Below are positions 11,592-21,595 of a DNA stretch of 64,000 bases, one piece after another. Within the stretch, counting starts at the first letter, position 1. Each line of letters starts with the position of its first letter. The stretch covers positions 704,001 through 768,000 of the forward strand of contig CAVZSV010000004.1 in assembly GCA_963778115.1 (NCBI GenBank). The letters run 5' to 3'. Both the position numbers and the translations under genes were made by a program. The notes beneath the pieces were generated by a model. It did no database searches, was not told the origin of the DNA, and was given only the letters and a program-made list of their open reading frames with translations. The stretch is from an uncultured delta proteobacterium (GTDB lineage: Bacteria; Bdellovibrionota; FAC87; UBA2466).

Positions 11592-11648
11592 AAGAAGCCC
11601 CCAGGGAAGAATCTCGCAAGCTAGCTATTACGAGAACCTTCGACTAGT

Positions 11649-13028
11649 TCAGTTTTTTTTCACCGTTTGATCTGCTGGAACATCTCGAAATGCCGCTGCC
11701 GCTTCCAAATTTTCGAGGTCTAGTTGGACGGCGTGCCTCGCCTTGTCAAGACTGCGCTGATCTTCGATGAAGTTCGTAAGCGCCGTCAGTACGTCGAGGT
11801 TGGTCACGAGTCCAAAACGATATTGGCGAGTTTGCTCTTTGTACGTTTTTTCCGCCAGGTCGGTCGCATAATCATAAGCGTCAAACTGGCGCTTATCACC
11901 GACATAATTTTGCCAAAAAGTCTTGATCTGTTCAATAGCGGCACGTTTCGTTTTGCTGACTTGATACTCCGCTTGGTCTCGTTTAGATACGGCTTCGGCC
12001 ACTTGGGCGTTCACCGTCCCGCCTGCAAAGATAGGAATAGTCAGAGCTAGCATCCCGTCCCAATTAACGCCGTTAAGCGCTCCCGTTCTTTCGAAATAAT
12101 AATCGGCCTGTAAACCCAATGTCGGAAAATGTCCGGCACGAGCAATCGGAATACCCTCTTCAGCGGCGTGCAGACGTTGCTTGTCCCCCGCAACGTCGGG
12201 GCGCGCTTCGAGTCTCGCTAAATATTGATCTAGGCTCTTATCGGCGGAGCTGGGACCTTCGGGACGCGCAAGCGGTGTTTCAGCGTCCCACCCCGTGAGA
12301 AACGCAACCACTTCCCGCTGGGCTCGCAAAGTCGCCAGAACCTGCTCTTTTTGGGCGACGAGATTGGCTTTTTGCGATTGCACGGTCAATACGTCCGTGT
12401 ATTGCGAACGGCCAATTTTCTGAAAGTTCTTGGTTTCTTTAATTCTCTCGTCGTAATAACCCAGCTCGCGATCGACATTGTCGACGTCGTGCTCCGAAGT
12501 CACGACGTTAAAATAGGCTTGAGCGACACTAAGATATAGTTGAAGTTCGATATTCTTTTTATCGGCCTGAGAAGCGGATAACAATGTCTTTGTCTGTCGC
12601 AAACCAGCCCATTCTTTGAGCCCCTGAAAAAGGGGTTGGGTCAGTGTTAGTCTCGCTGAACTCGAGGGGTTGGGATAAAGATTATTGTAGTTCGGATTCG
12701 GGTTACTCTGTTGATACTGATATGCACCGATAGCGGAAAGGTTAGGGAGAATGGAACCAATGGCCTGATTGTAATTTTCTTCCGCTTGGCGAATCCCTTC
12801 TAAACTCATATTAACGTCATCGCTATGCTTAAGAGATGCGTTAAAGACTTCGCTTAAACTTTTTCCCTCGTGCGGTTTTCCCGGATCACTTTGAGGAATT
12901 CGTGGATCGCTAGAAGTCACCGGGGATGCAATGGCCGTAGCGCCCAACGCAAATAAACACCCTGCAGCTATTAGAAACGAAGTCGACCGAACCCATTCCA
13001 AGACCGATCTTCTGTATGAGTAATTCAT
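11649..13028 (-). CDS. TolC family outer membrane efflux protein
   Basis: Signal peptide; LTLTQPLFQG, ARAGHFPTL, LTIPIFAGG, YRFGLVTNLDVL. Confidence 0.9.
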   Translation of the reverse strand: MNYSYRRSVLEWVRSTSFLIAAGCLFALGATAIASPVTSSDPRIPQSDPGKPHEGKSLSEVFNASLKHSDDVNMSLEGIRQAEENYNQAIGSILPNLSAIGAYQYQQSNPNPNYNNLYPNPSSSARLTLTQPLFQGLKEWAGLRQTKTLLSASQADKKNIELQLYLSVAQAYFNVVTSEHDVDNVDRELGYYDERIKETKNFQKIGRSQYTDVLTVQSQKANLVAQKEQVLATLRAQREVVAFLTGWDAETPLARPEGPSSADKSLDQYLARLEARPDVAGDKQRLHAAEEGIPIARAGHFPTLGLQADYYFERTGALNGVNWDGMLALTIPIFAGGTVNAQVAEAVSKRDQAEYQVSKTKRAAIEQIKTFWQNYVGDKRQFDAYDYATDLAEKTYKEQTRQYRFGLVTNLDVLTALTNFIEDQRSLDKARHAVQLDLENLEAAAAFRDVPADQTVKKN

Positions 13029-13060
13029 TTCTAGGTAATCCCCCTGAATGCAATTTCTTA

Positions 13061-13480
13061 TTAACCCAAGAAATTCTCCAAGACCTGGAGACCGTTCAAC
13101 AACTGTTCACATTCTCTGTCATCTAATTTTTCTAAGGAAGCTTCTAATTTCTTCTGCACCGCACCGGAAATATTCTCAAGGATTGTCCTGCCAGAATCGG
13201 TAAGCGCTAACTTTATCACGCGTCGATCCTGAGCTTGAGGAATCCTTTCGATAAAATGACGTTTCACCAGACCGTCCACAATTTTAGAGACGGCGGGCAT
13301 GCTAATTCCGTGAAGCTCGGCAATGGTACTGGTCATATCCGTGCCGTTCTTAATGTTGGCGAGCACTCGAAACTGGGGGACGCTTAAGTTAGGTCCGGCG
13401 ACAGTCCGCATTTCATGGCGAATTATTCTCATCATTCTGGGTATCAAAGTTACTAACTTTTTCGCTGCCGCCGTTTTCAC
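13061..13480 (-). CDS. MarR family transcriptional regulator
   Basis: LSVPQFRVL, SKIVDGLVKRHFIER, DRRVIKLALTDSG; GTG start. Confidence 0.9.
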   Translation of the reverse strand: MKTAAAKKLVTLIPRMMRIIRHEMRTVAGPNLSVPQFRVLANIKNGTDMTSTIAELHGISMPAVSKIVDGLVKRHFIERIPQAQDRRVIKLALTDSGRTILENISGAVQKKLEASLEKLDDRECEQLLNGLQVLENFLG

Positions 13481-13497
13481 AGGGTCACTATAGATCA

Positions 13498-13524
13498 GAA
13501 ATAGATAGCTCCGTTAACTATTTC
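13498..13524. promoter_or_regulatory. Probable MarR operator (imperfect palindrome)
   Basis: GAAATAGATAGC-TCC-GTTAACTATTTC, 10/12 arm match, 18 nt upstream of the marR start. Confidence 0.6.
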
Positions 13525-14174
13525 TTCGGTTATTTGATATACAACTTAACCTTCATAATTAGTCAAGATAAAAGCTGATGAGTTTCAATTAGTTACAATC
13601 TATTACCCGACTGAAGCCGGTACGACTCCCGCCCCTGCCATGCGGAAGATCCCCCACGAATTAAAACATACCAACCGCTTGCAAGCGCCTCGGGATGTCA
13701 TCCTTTCTCATCTTGAATATTTTCCAACCCGAACCGCTCGACTTTCCGAAGAAGAGCTTTATTGCTTTGTTTCTTATTCTCGATTCGCTCCATAGTTTGC
13801 GTACCAAGTCTTCTCTCGGTCTAGCTGATTAGGTACGGCACATAGCCACCGCAAGTTACTGGGGAGGTCACATCTTCCCCTTCATTTAGAAAGCACAATA
13901 TGATCGATTTGAATTTGGTATGTCGAATTACCTCTCTCTCCGTTTTCATACTGGTGCACGCAGCGAGCTTCGTCTCGTCTCCCGACTTCACGATAGGTTC
14001 TGACAGCAATATCTGGAATGGCGGACTATCTTAACTTCTACGGGCTTTGTGGGACTTTTTTCTTTCTTCTTTTCAGGGTCATGGGCCTTTTAAGTAAAAC
14101 CGCCTTCCGCGCGCAAAAGGCACGACTCCGAAGAGAATCTCCCCCACTTATGCTACAATTTGAGATATTACCCC

Positions 14175-14873
14175 ATGGAAATCTACCTCAGACAAGCCCG
14201 CGACTACGCTGCTTTTGGTGAGCTTGCTCCGGCACACGCCCGCATCGATCGTCTCAAAAGTTTTTGGGAGACATTAAAAGAGGTCTTTGGAGAGCGTGAC
14301 TTCAAAACAAGAAGATCGCAACCCACGACCGTTTTGGATTTGGCTTGTGGATTTTGCGAGGAGGCGCGGTTATTAGCTTCTTTTTTTTCGAGCGGAATTG
14401 CCGGAGTTCCTACTGAGCAAGCAAGAGTTATCGGCATCGATCGCGATAAGGAGGCCATCGAGGCGGCCATCGCTTCTAGCAGGGCATTGGATCCCTTCTT
14501 TTATTCCGATCGCTTTTATCTTGCAATGAATGGGACTTTTCTCTGCGGGGATGCCACCGATCTCAAAGCCTATCGCGAAATTCCTCAAGAGGTAGACGTG
14601 ATCTTAGTTCGCCATCAATTCATCGCCAGGGATTCGCAAGGTTTTGAGAAGATGGTAGCGGGAGCCTTACCCAGACTGAAAGCCTCTGGGAGAATGCTTT
14701 TCACCTCTTTTGCCGAGTCCGAGCAGCAAGAGCTCCTCGAAATGCTAAAACGCCTTCCCTGCGAAACCCTCAGCGCGAAGCAAAATCCCCATGCGGTTGA
14801 ACTTAAGGAAAAGTTCAAGGAAGGTTATATCGCTATCGACAAATTTATCTGCTTGATAAAGAAAAGGGGCTAA
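14175..14873 (+). CDS. Class I SAM-dependent methyltransferase
   Basis: VLDLACG motif I, VIGIDRD, CGDAT, LKASGRM. Confidence 0.75.
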   Translation: MEIYLRQARDYAAFGELAPAHARIDRLKSFWETLKEVFGERDFKTRRSQPTTVLDLACGFCEEARLLASFFSSGIAGVPTEQARVIGIDRDKEAIEAAIASSRALDPFFYSDRFYLAMNGTFLCGDATDLKAYREIPQEVDVILVRHQFIARDSQGFEKMVAGALPRLKASGRMLFTSFAESEQQELLEMLKRLPCETLSAKQNPHAVELKEKFKEGYIAIDKFICLIKKRG

Positions 14874-14900
14874 TTCCCCATCAGGGAACGCCCCACTTTC
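14864..14900. terminator. Putative bidirectional terminator hairpin between convergent genes
   Basis: GGGGC-taa-TTCCC-catca-GGGAA-c-GCCCC flanked by A and T runs. Confidence 0.45.
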
Positions 14901-14923
14901 TAAGAAAATAAACTCACCTAGGA

Positions 14924-16447
14924 TTACGTCAACAAATAACCAGCGACCGGAGAAAAGATACTGTTTCCCGCTGTTGGATCGGTACCGGTCAATAATTTGA
15001 TCGCACTCGCCGCTCTTAAAAGGGCGGTATTGATCTCACTATTGGGAACGCCTTGAGCAAGAGGATGAGTGTTGGTGGCATTGCTTGTGGTGGATACCAC
15101 CTGCGCCGTCGTATATCCATTGGAGAAGCTAGCCGTCATGGGGTTAGCCATTCCTGGGACATACGCAATACTGACCTCCATGCTGATACCATCGTTATCG
15201 GCCGACGTCGTTCCGATACCGGCTATCGGAGTTCCTACGGTGGTGGTACCCGATTGAACTAAGGGAGCAGTCCAGTTCGCCGAACCGTCCGTCGTGATAT
15301 CGATCCAAAAAGGGACTTTGTTATTCACCAGCGTTTGAATCGTAGGAATAATAAGCGTTTGGAAAACGTTCATTAACTGCTGGTATTCCGACTGTCCGCT
15401 GATCGTATGGACGTCAAAATTACCCGCCGGCGTAAAACGAATAGCTTGAGTCTGGCCATCCAGAACCAGTTTTAACAGCGATGCCATCACAGCCGGTTGT
15501 GAAGTCGGACTCGTGGTGGTAGTCAACCCAAACGGTCCGGTCAAACGCGTATCCGTTAAGGGGGTTGGAAGTGCGGAGGTTCCAGCCGCAAGCGTCGTCT
15601 GATTTGCCTGATAACCATGCATCATAGCAGCCGACAACGCAGTACCACCACCTGCTCCAGAAGCCGAGACGGACGCCAAATTGCGACTACTCATGGAATT
15701 AGCAAGGGTGCCACTAGCGGCCAGCGCTTGCCCCCAGCTATTCATCGAACCCACGGGTCCCAACAGAGCTTGATAAGAGCCAACCGAGTTAATCTGCACG
15801 GGAGTATATCCGGAGATGGCTTCCACATCGAGACCACCGGCTTTAGGAGGGTTGGTCACATACTTAAAGGGATTAGTAGTCACGGCGTTTAGATAAGAAG
15901 ACACCAACTGTCCCGCCAGATAGTATTGACCGACATCGTTATTGTGAGTTGCCGCTAGAGTCGCAAATTGCACTCCCCCTGAAGCGGTATTGGCGGCAGG
16001 AACGCCTGCTGTCGCTAACATACTAGGCAAGTTTGGAATAGTAACTGTCCCTCCAGTACTGGTAGGAATCGTAACACTTCCTCCGCCCGTATTCGCCATA
16101 GGTGCTCCGTACTTGGAAACAATACCGCCGGATGCGCTCAAAAGACTGGGGTCGAAACCGCTTCCGTTACCTGCGGCGTAGGCCGCGGTATATTGGGCTG
16201 CCGTTAAAAGCTGGCCCTTTACGTCAGTGGCTGGGAAATAGGAGATTAAGGAGTCACCTTGAAATAAGTCGAAAGTGATATGGGCCATCGGTGTCGGAGT
16301 GGTGGCGCCATACGCATTAGTGGAAGAGAAACTTCTAAGCACAGAAGGCAAAAAGGCGACTCCCATCGCCGCTTGACTGAACTTAGTTAAAAAGTCCCTT
16401 CGGGTCAGACCATTCTTATCTTCGGGGAGTTTAACTTTCTTACACAT
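14924..16447 (-). CDS. Tat-exported uncharacterised protein (DUF1501/DUF1552-like partner of the CxxCH protein)
   Basis: Twin-arginine motif LTRRDFL, A-Y-G/A cleavage region, ITFDLFQG and FDVH motifs; GGAGG RBS before ATG 16447. Confidence 0.65.
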   Translation of the reverse strand: MCKKVKLPEDKNGLTRRDFLTKFSQAAMGVAFLPSVLRSFSSTNAYGATTPTPMAHITFDLFQGDSLISYFPATDVKGQLLTAAQYTAAYAAGNGSGFDPSLLSASGGIVSKYGAPMANTGGGSVTIPTSTGGTVTIPNLPSMLATAGVPAANTASGGVQFATLAATHNNDVGQYYLAGQLVSSYLNAVTTNPFKYVTNPPKAGGLDVEAISGYTPVQINSVGSYQALLGPVGSMNSWGQALAASGTLANSMSSRNLASVSASGAGGGTALSAAMMHGYQANQTTLAAGTSALPTPLTDTRLTGPFGLTTTTSPTSQPAVMASLLKLVLDGQTQAIRFTPAGNFDVHTISGQSEYQQLMNVFQTLIIPTIQTLVNNKVPFWIDITTDGSANWTAPLVQSGTTTVGTPIAGIGTTSADNDGISMEVSIAYVPGMANPMTASFSNGYTTAQVVSTTSNATNTHPLAQGVPNSEINTALLRAASAIKLLTGTDPTAGNSIFSPVAGYLLT

Positions 16448-16485
16448 GATTCGATCCTCCAATAGACGTACCGTTAAGACAAAAC

Positions 16486-17181
16486 TTAGTTACTCGACAT
16501 CATTTCACTAGATGCCAAGATAGCCGAAATTTCCGCTTGTAAGGTTGACGTTACCGCTGCCGCCGTCGTCGGAAGCACTAGCTTCTTTGTCGTGGCATTA
16601 GTAAAAGTGGTTTGATAAAACGTGTCGATATCGGCAAGATCGGCTGCCGTTGCCGTCCGATGTAAGAAATAGCTGATTGCATTGGTGCCAACCGCTTCGG
16701 CTACTGATTGAGTGAAACTGGCAGGTGTTGCCGTGCTAAACGTCGAAGGAATTACTAGCCGGGCGGTACTCGCTCTAGCTAGGTCCACAGCCACAAAACC
16801 TGTAGCGAAATAACTCGCCATCTTTAGGCCGGTTGCGATCGCCGAATCCGTCACGGAGCCTGCTTCGGTAGTTTGGGGGAGTGAGAGGCTTGCTTGGGCG
16901 TAAAATCCGGCTGCGGTTGTCTTTACCCCGGCTACCGTAACCGCAGTCTGCGCGTCGGTAACACCGGTCGCCGCCTGAAGCGAGGTATAGTACTGGCTAA
17001 AATTCTTAATCGCAGTACTTCCGTTGACGGGGGTTCCTCCGCCACCGCTATTGTTATCATTATTGTTATTCGGATTATTAGTGCCGATGGCACTAATTTG
17101 ATTATCCGATTTCATGCTGCAAGCGCCGAAAGTCGTCGTGACCACTGCCAAGAACAGAATCATCAATCTTTGAAATCTCAT
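16486..17181 (-). CDS. Lipoprotein, Thr/Ala-rich
   Basis: Lipobox FGAC, Asn/Gly linker, IKNFSQYYTSLQAATGV, C-terminal AILASSE. Confidence 0.75.
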   Translation of the reverse strand: MRFQRLMILFLAVVTTTFGACSMKSDNQISAIGTNNPNNNNDNNSGGGGTPVNGSTAIKNFSQYYTSLQAATGVTDAQTAVTVAGVKTTAAGFYAQASLSLPQTTEAGSVTDSAIATGLKMASYFATGFVAVDLARASTARLVIPSTFSTATPASFTQSVAEAVGTNAISYFLHRTATAADLADIDTFYQTTFTNATTKKLVLPTTAAAVTSTLQAEISAILASSEMMSSN

Positions 17182-17217
17182 TACGTACTCCTAAAAAAAC
17201 GTACTCCAAAAAAACAA

Positions 17218-18498
17218 TTACCGTCCCAAACATTCAGGAAGCGTTGCCACCTGCCAAACCATGGGAGTGACTTGATCTTGTGCCGTGGTCCGCATGTAGT
17301 TGGCTAGTCCCACCACCGTCGGAATTTCCGAGGAAGGGACCGCTTCGCCACAAGCCATCTGCCAAATTCGGTTAATGATATTGATACGAAACTCGTCGGT
17401 AGCCGCAGCCGACTGACCGAGCTCATTGGCCCCAACACCAGAGGTGGCGCCCCAAGCGAAAGTGCCGTACGGGCTGTTCTTGTAGTTGATTACCCAGCTA
17501 TTAAGTTCAGGCGTATTTTTACTTTCGATAAAGCCCGGGCTTCCGACGTGAAGCTGTTCACGTTGGACAAGTTTTGCGACAATGACCTTTGAAGTGCTGG
17601 CCAATGTCGTTAGCTGCGAAGTATTCGTCGTGTTGTTAGTAGTGTAGTCCGTAAAGTTGAATGCTGCTGCCATGCCGTCGATTCCACCGTGGCAAGTGGC
17701 GCAGGTATTTGAAAAAGTAGCGGCGTCGGGGGCCAACGCATTGACGTCCTGGCGAATTCTCATCTCCGGAGCGGAACCCATCACTCCGAAGCTTGAATCA
17801 CGAATCGAATCCAGAGTGACACCTAAAAAGTTTTGCATCAGTATCTCGACAAACCGGCGATTCGTTCCCATGTTGGCCGCATCAAAGGCCGCTTGATAAA
17901 CCGTCATCACACCCATGGGGTCGGTAGCAAGCGGATTCAACGTGGTTTGAGGGACCGTGGTCATGTTCGACACGTAACTCATTTGTCCCGCGAGGTAAGC
18001 GGTTGTCGCTGCTTGCCAGTGGTTATTGTTCGTAGGGGCGGCGGTAGCTCCCGTTACTCCGCTGGGAAAAGTAAATTCCGCAACGTAAGTACCGTCTAAA
18101 GCATCGGTCCAAGGTTTGTTGTTCCAAGCGATGTACTGCAAAGTAGCAATGCAAGGATTTGAGGGTACGTTGGTGCTGTTGGCCAAAGTACACATCGGAG
18201 CAACTAAGTTAAAAAGAAAACTGTCTCCGTAGGTGGTGCTTGCCGTAGCCAATTGAGCGGCTCCGATAAAATCACCGTTTTGAATGTGAGTGGCCATGTT
18301 CGTGATAGTGGCTTGGGGAAGAAAGCCCCCTAAACGCGACGCCAACCGATTCGCTAATACGGTTGGACTGGTTTCGGCAAAGGCCGTATTGGCGGAGAGC
18401 ACCAGCACTAAAACGATCACATTGAACAATGCGATCTTCAGCAAGGTGGCTGTTTTTCTATCTACCTTCGACCGGCAATTTCTTAGTAACCGATTCAT
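17218..18498 (-). CDS. Secreted protein with a single CxxCH putative heme c site (DUF1585/1588/1549-like planctomycete-cytochrome class)
   Basis: Signal peptide AFA-E; GVMT, GTNRR, RIRQDV, CATCHGGIDGMAAAF. Confidence 0.7.
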   Translation of the reverse strand: MNRLLRNCRSKVDRKTATLLKIALFNVIVLVLVLSANTAFAETSPTVLANRLASRLGGFLPQATITNMATHIQNGDFIGAAQLATASTTYGDSFLFNLVAPMCTLANSTNVPSNPCIATLQYIAWNNKPWTDALDGTYVAEFTFPSGVTGATAAPTNNNHWQAATTAYLAGQMSYVSNMTTVPQTTLNPLATDPMGVMTVYQAAFDAANMGTNRRFVEILMQNFLGVTLDSIRDSSFGVMGSAPEMRIRQDVNALAPDAATFSNTCATCHGGIDGMAAAFNFTDYTTNNTTNTSQLTTLASTSKVIVAKLVQREQLHVGSPGFIESKNTPELNSWVINYKNSPYGTFAWGATSGVGANELGQSAAATDEFRINIINRIWQMACGEAVPSSEIPTVVGLANYMRTTAQDQVTPMVWQVATLPECLGR

Positions 18499-18574
18499 TT
18501 ACCAACCTTCCATCTTGAATTGCTTTAATTGCGCGGAATTACTTAATTTAGGTGCGGCAACATGAGCTATACAA

Positions 18575-18590
18575 AGCATCTAGTGTGCCA
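18575..18590 (-). promoter_or_regulatory. sigma54 (-24/-12) promoter
   Basis: Minus strand TGGCACACTAGATGCT = GG-N10-GC with a TGGCAC core, 77 nt upstream of the 18498 start. Confidence 0.75.
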
Positions 18591-19066
18591 GGAAAAACCA
18601 AGCAGAATACACCCGGGGCACGTGCCGAAAATTGTTACTCTTTCCCCGAAAGTGTCTAAGAATTGACCACATGCGGACGAAGCTAACAGGTGCCCAAATA
18701 CTGGACGGGATTTTGGAAGAAAAAGGAAAACGGGTGATGTCTCAGGTACTTAAACTCACTACTCTTTGAACACAGAGGCCTAAACTTTGACCAGTGAAGC
18801 TAAGCAACGGAATGGCCTATCTATTTTGTAGCGAACCGTCGGTACTATAGACAGTAACTGCATGGAAATATCTTCCCTCGAGCTTAAATAGCGAAGGCCG
18901 GTGTCAAAAAAGCTCAGAGCGAGAGTCGCGTAAAGCTTGAAAGTTCGTGGAAGCGCCCTCTTAAAAATTTAAAAAGTGTCCACACATTTTCCACGTATGG
19001 GCGCTAATTTGAAGATGGGTAGAGACGAACTCTCAAAGATCGAGAGCCACAAACAGGAGGTATCCT

Positions 19067-19474
19067 ATGTTACGCCGATTCCTTTTACCTTTCTTTATTT
19101 CATTAACTCTGGGTGGAGTTTCCGCTTTGGCGGAACTTTCTCCGGCCCCCCAAGTCAATAACGCGTGCACTCCGGTAGTGAGTGCCTGTGTCAGCGCCGG
19201 TTTCATAGAACCGACAAAGCCCGCCAAAGGTTCGGGACGAGAAGCTTTCAAAGCCTACTTTCAGCAGAAGAAGATGCTGCGCGAAGAGGGAAAGAGTGCT
19301 CGGGCGAATTGTTTGCGTCCCATTTTAAAAGGAGAGGCTGTCTCGGGTGTTACCGTCGACGCTTCTTGGAATTTGGCGGCTTGTAAGAATGAAATTCGCG
19401 CCAAACGTGAAGCTCGCCGCGCTCGCCGCGAAGCTCGTCGCGCGAAGGACCAGCAGGAGAGCCAATCAAACTAG
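19067..19474 (+). CDS. Small secreted Cys-containing hypothetical protein with a basic C-terminus
   Basis: AGGAGG RBS, signal peptide ALA-E, four Cys. Confidence 0.7.
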   Translation: MLRRFLLPFFISLTLGGVSALAELSPAPQVNNACTPVVSACVSAGFIEPTKPAKGSGREAFKAYFQQKKMLREEGKSARANCLRPILKGEAVSGVTVDASWNLAACKNEIRAKREARRARREARRAKDQQESQSN

Positions 19475-19520
19475 CGTGGTGTCGAGGTGCCTATGGTACG
19501 TAGGCACCTCACCCCCTATG

Positions 19521-20381
19521 TTAGGGAATCGTAATCAACTTGACGTGGCGGCGCACGAACTCATTAAGAAGCTGTTCACGACAACCCGCTTTTACCAATT
19601 CCTTAAAGCGCCCATTCACTTCAGCATCAGGCTCCAACAAGAAGGCCGCTACTTCATTAGCAACAAAATCGGGATCGTCGATGTCGTATTTCAACGCTGT
19701 CAAAATAGCTAACGCTTTAGCCAGCTGAACCGGATTCTTATTCAAGACTTCACGGTAATAGTAGTGAACCACGTCCCTCACTGCCTGGCTCAAGAAGTAT
19801 TGAGCATGAACAAGTTCGTGTCCCACCGTACTTCGATAGTTATTGGGATTTTGAATACTAAATCCGATCACGACAAAGGGAGTGGCCCTTCCGAAGAGGG
19901 GATTTAGCGCCTCTTTTAGTTGCAACTCATAGGGATTTAAATCGGTAGCGTGGCGAAAGAACGCTGCTAGATCATGCGACTGAATATCATGCCCTTTGCC
20001 CAGAACCACTTGCTGTCGGTACTTCAGATCGCCTAGCCTTGCTACTTCTCCCTTTTTATATCCAGCCCCGCCCTCGGCAAACCAAGACGCTCGCATGAAA
20101 GTATAGTTCATTGTGATCTGTTCGTAGCTTCCACAAAGCACAACGCCCGGAAGATCACTAAACTCAATGCATTCGGTGTAACCAAACCCCTGAGTGGGAT
20201 CCACTTCCGCTCGAAGCGCTGCTTCTCGAGTATTCTTTATATTTTCTCGAAAATTGCCGACCTCACTGACTTCAATGGTGTGAGGAAGAAGGAGAGTCTG
20301 GGCGTGGACGCAAGTACTAATCACCGAGGATAAGAAAGCCGCCCCTAACCACCACCCATAATTACCGCTAAAAACCCGCAT
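19521..20381 (-). CDS. Secreted HExxH metallopeptidase-like protein
   Basis: Signal peptide VHA-Q; GHELVHAQY with downstream NEVAAF. Confidence 0.55.
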   Translation of the reverse strand: MRVFSGNYGWWLGAAFLSSVISTCVHAQTLLLPHTIEVSEVGNFRENIKNTREAALRAEVDPTQGFGYTECIEFSDLPGVVLCGSYEQITMNYTFMRASWFAEGGAGYKKGEVARLGDLKYRQQVVLGKGHDIQSHDLAAFFRHATDLNPYELQLKEALNPLFGRATPFVVIGFSIQNPNNYRSTVGHELVHAQYFLSQAVRDVVHYYYREVLNKNPVQLAKALAILTALKYDIDDPDFVANEVAAFLLEPDAEVNGRFKELVKAGCREQLLNEFVRRHVKLITIP

Positions 20382-20494
20382 TTGCGCTCCTAAATTGAAG
20401 AGCGCTTTCTTAACATTTTTCGGGAAGCAAGATCAATCCCTAATGACTTTAATCTGTTAATCTTGACAAAGATCTCACCGGCGAACTTAAAACC

Positions 20495-21595
20495 TTACTC
20501 ACTTATCAGATGTAATTCCGAAGCCACAAACGAGACATGCACCTGCCCTCCTGGTAGGACGGCTTTCTCGGATTGCCCCGCTTCCATCCGGCTGATTAAA
20601 GGAATCTCCCAGCCACTAACCTTAACTAAATACTCGTGAAAAAGACCCAAGTACCTGTAACCTACGACGGTACCCAAAAGAGTTCTCACTTGGGTGGAAT
20701 GACCTTTTTCCGTATAGACTCTAACGTGTTCGGGCCTAGCCACTACGGTGATAGAGCCACTCTTTGCTTTTTCCGCCATTTGAAAGGGAATACTTACTTC
20801 AACCGAATTCAAATTTACCAGGGTACTTCCCTCCCCCTCTCTCTCAATCTTCGCAGAGAGGAAATTTTGGCAGCCCATAAAATCGGCGACGAAACGAGTC
20901 GCCGGTCGCAAGTATACCGTCTGAGCCTTGGCGACTTGCTCGATCCGCCCCTTATTCATCACTACCACGCGATCAGAGAGTGCCATCGCCTCTGACTGAT
21001 CGTGCGTGACATAGACTGCGGTAATTCCCAACTTTTGTTGGATGCGCCTTATTTCATCTCTCATCGACTCGCGCAGTTTCGCATCGAGATTCGAAAGCGG
21101 TTCGTCAAAGAGTAAAAGAGAAGGTTGGATAATCAGAGCTCTTGCTAGAGCCACGCGTTGTTGCTGGCCACCGGAGAGTTCGTGAGGATTTCGCGTTTGG
21201 TAATCGCCAAGACCAACCACTTCCAATATCGATTTAAGTCGGCTCTCGGTCTCTTCTTTGCTCACTTTTCTAAACTTTAACCCGTAAACAATATTTTCCC
21301 TCACCGTCATATGAGGAAACAGCGCATAGCTTTGAAACACCATCGCCGAATTTCTGCGGTTAGCGGGTTCTTCGGTAATATCCTTTCCGTCTATAATGAT
21401 TTTTCCAGATGAAGGCTGTTCAAATCCCGCAAGCATACGAAGTACAGTCGTCTTGCCGCAACCCGAAGGGCCTAGCAAAGTAACTAGCTCCCCTTTTTCG
21501 ATTTCTAAAGAAAAGCGGTCCACCGCCGTGGTCTCACGTCCACGATGCGAGTCATAGAATACCTTGCGAAGTTCTGATGCGGTCACGGCACTCAT
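20495..21595 (-). CDS. ABC transporter ATP-binding subunit (Fe3+/polyamine PotA/FbpC type)
   Basis: GPSGCGKTT, LSGGQQQRVALARAL, DEPLSNLDAKLR, TOBE-like tail. Confidence 0.95.
   Translation of the reverse strand: MSAVTASELRKVFYDSHRGRETTAVDRFSLEIEKGELVTLLGPSGCGKTTVLRMLAGFEQPSSGKIIIDGKDITEEPANRRNSAMVFQSYALFPHMTVRENIVYGLKFRKVSKEETESRLKSILEVVGLGDYQTRNPHELSGGQQQRVALARALIIQPSLLLFDEPLSNLDAKLRESMRDEIRRIQQKLGITAVYVTHDQSEAMALSDRVVVMNKGRIEQVAKAQTVYLRPATRFVADFMGCQNFLSAKIEREGEGSTLVNLNSVEVSIPFQMAEKAKSGSITVVARPEHVRVYTEKGHSTQVRTLLGTVVGYRYLGLFHEYLVKVSGWEIPLISRMEAGQSEKAVLPGGQVHVSFVASELHLISE

Noticed and set aside
13560..14150. Short ORFs or ncRNA in the long marR-methyltransferase intergenic region
   Set aside because: No RBS-supported ORF with recognisable motifs and no convincing structure
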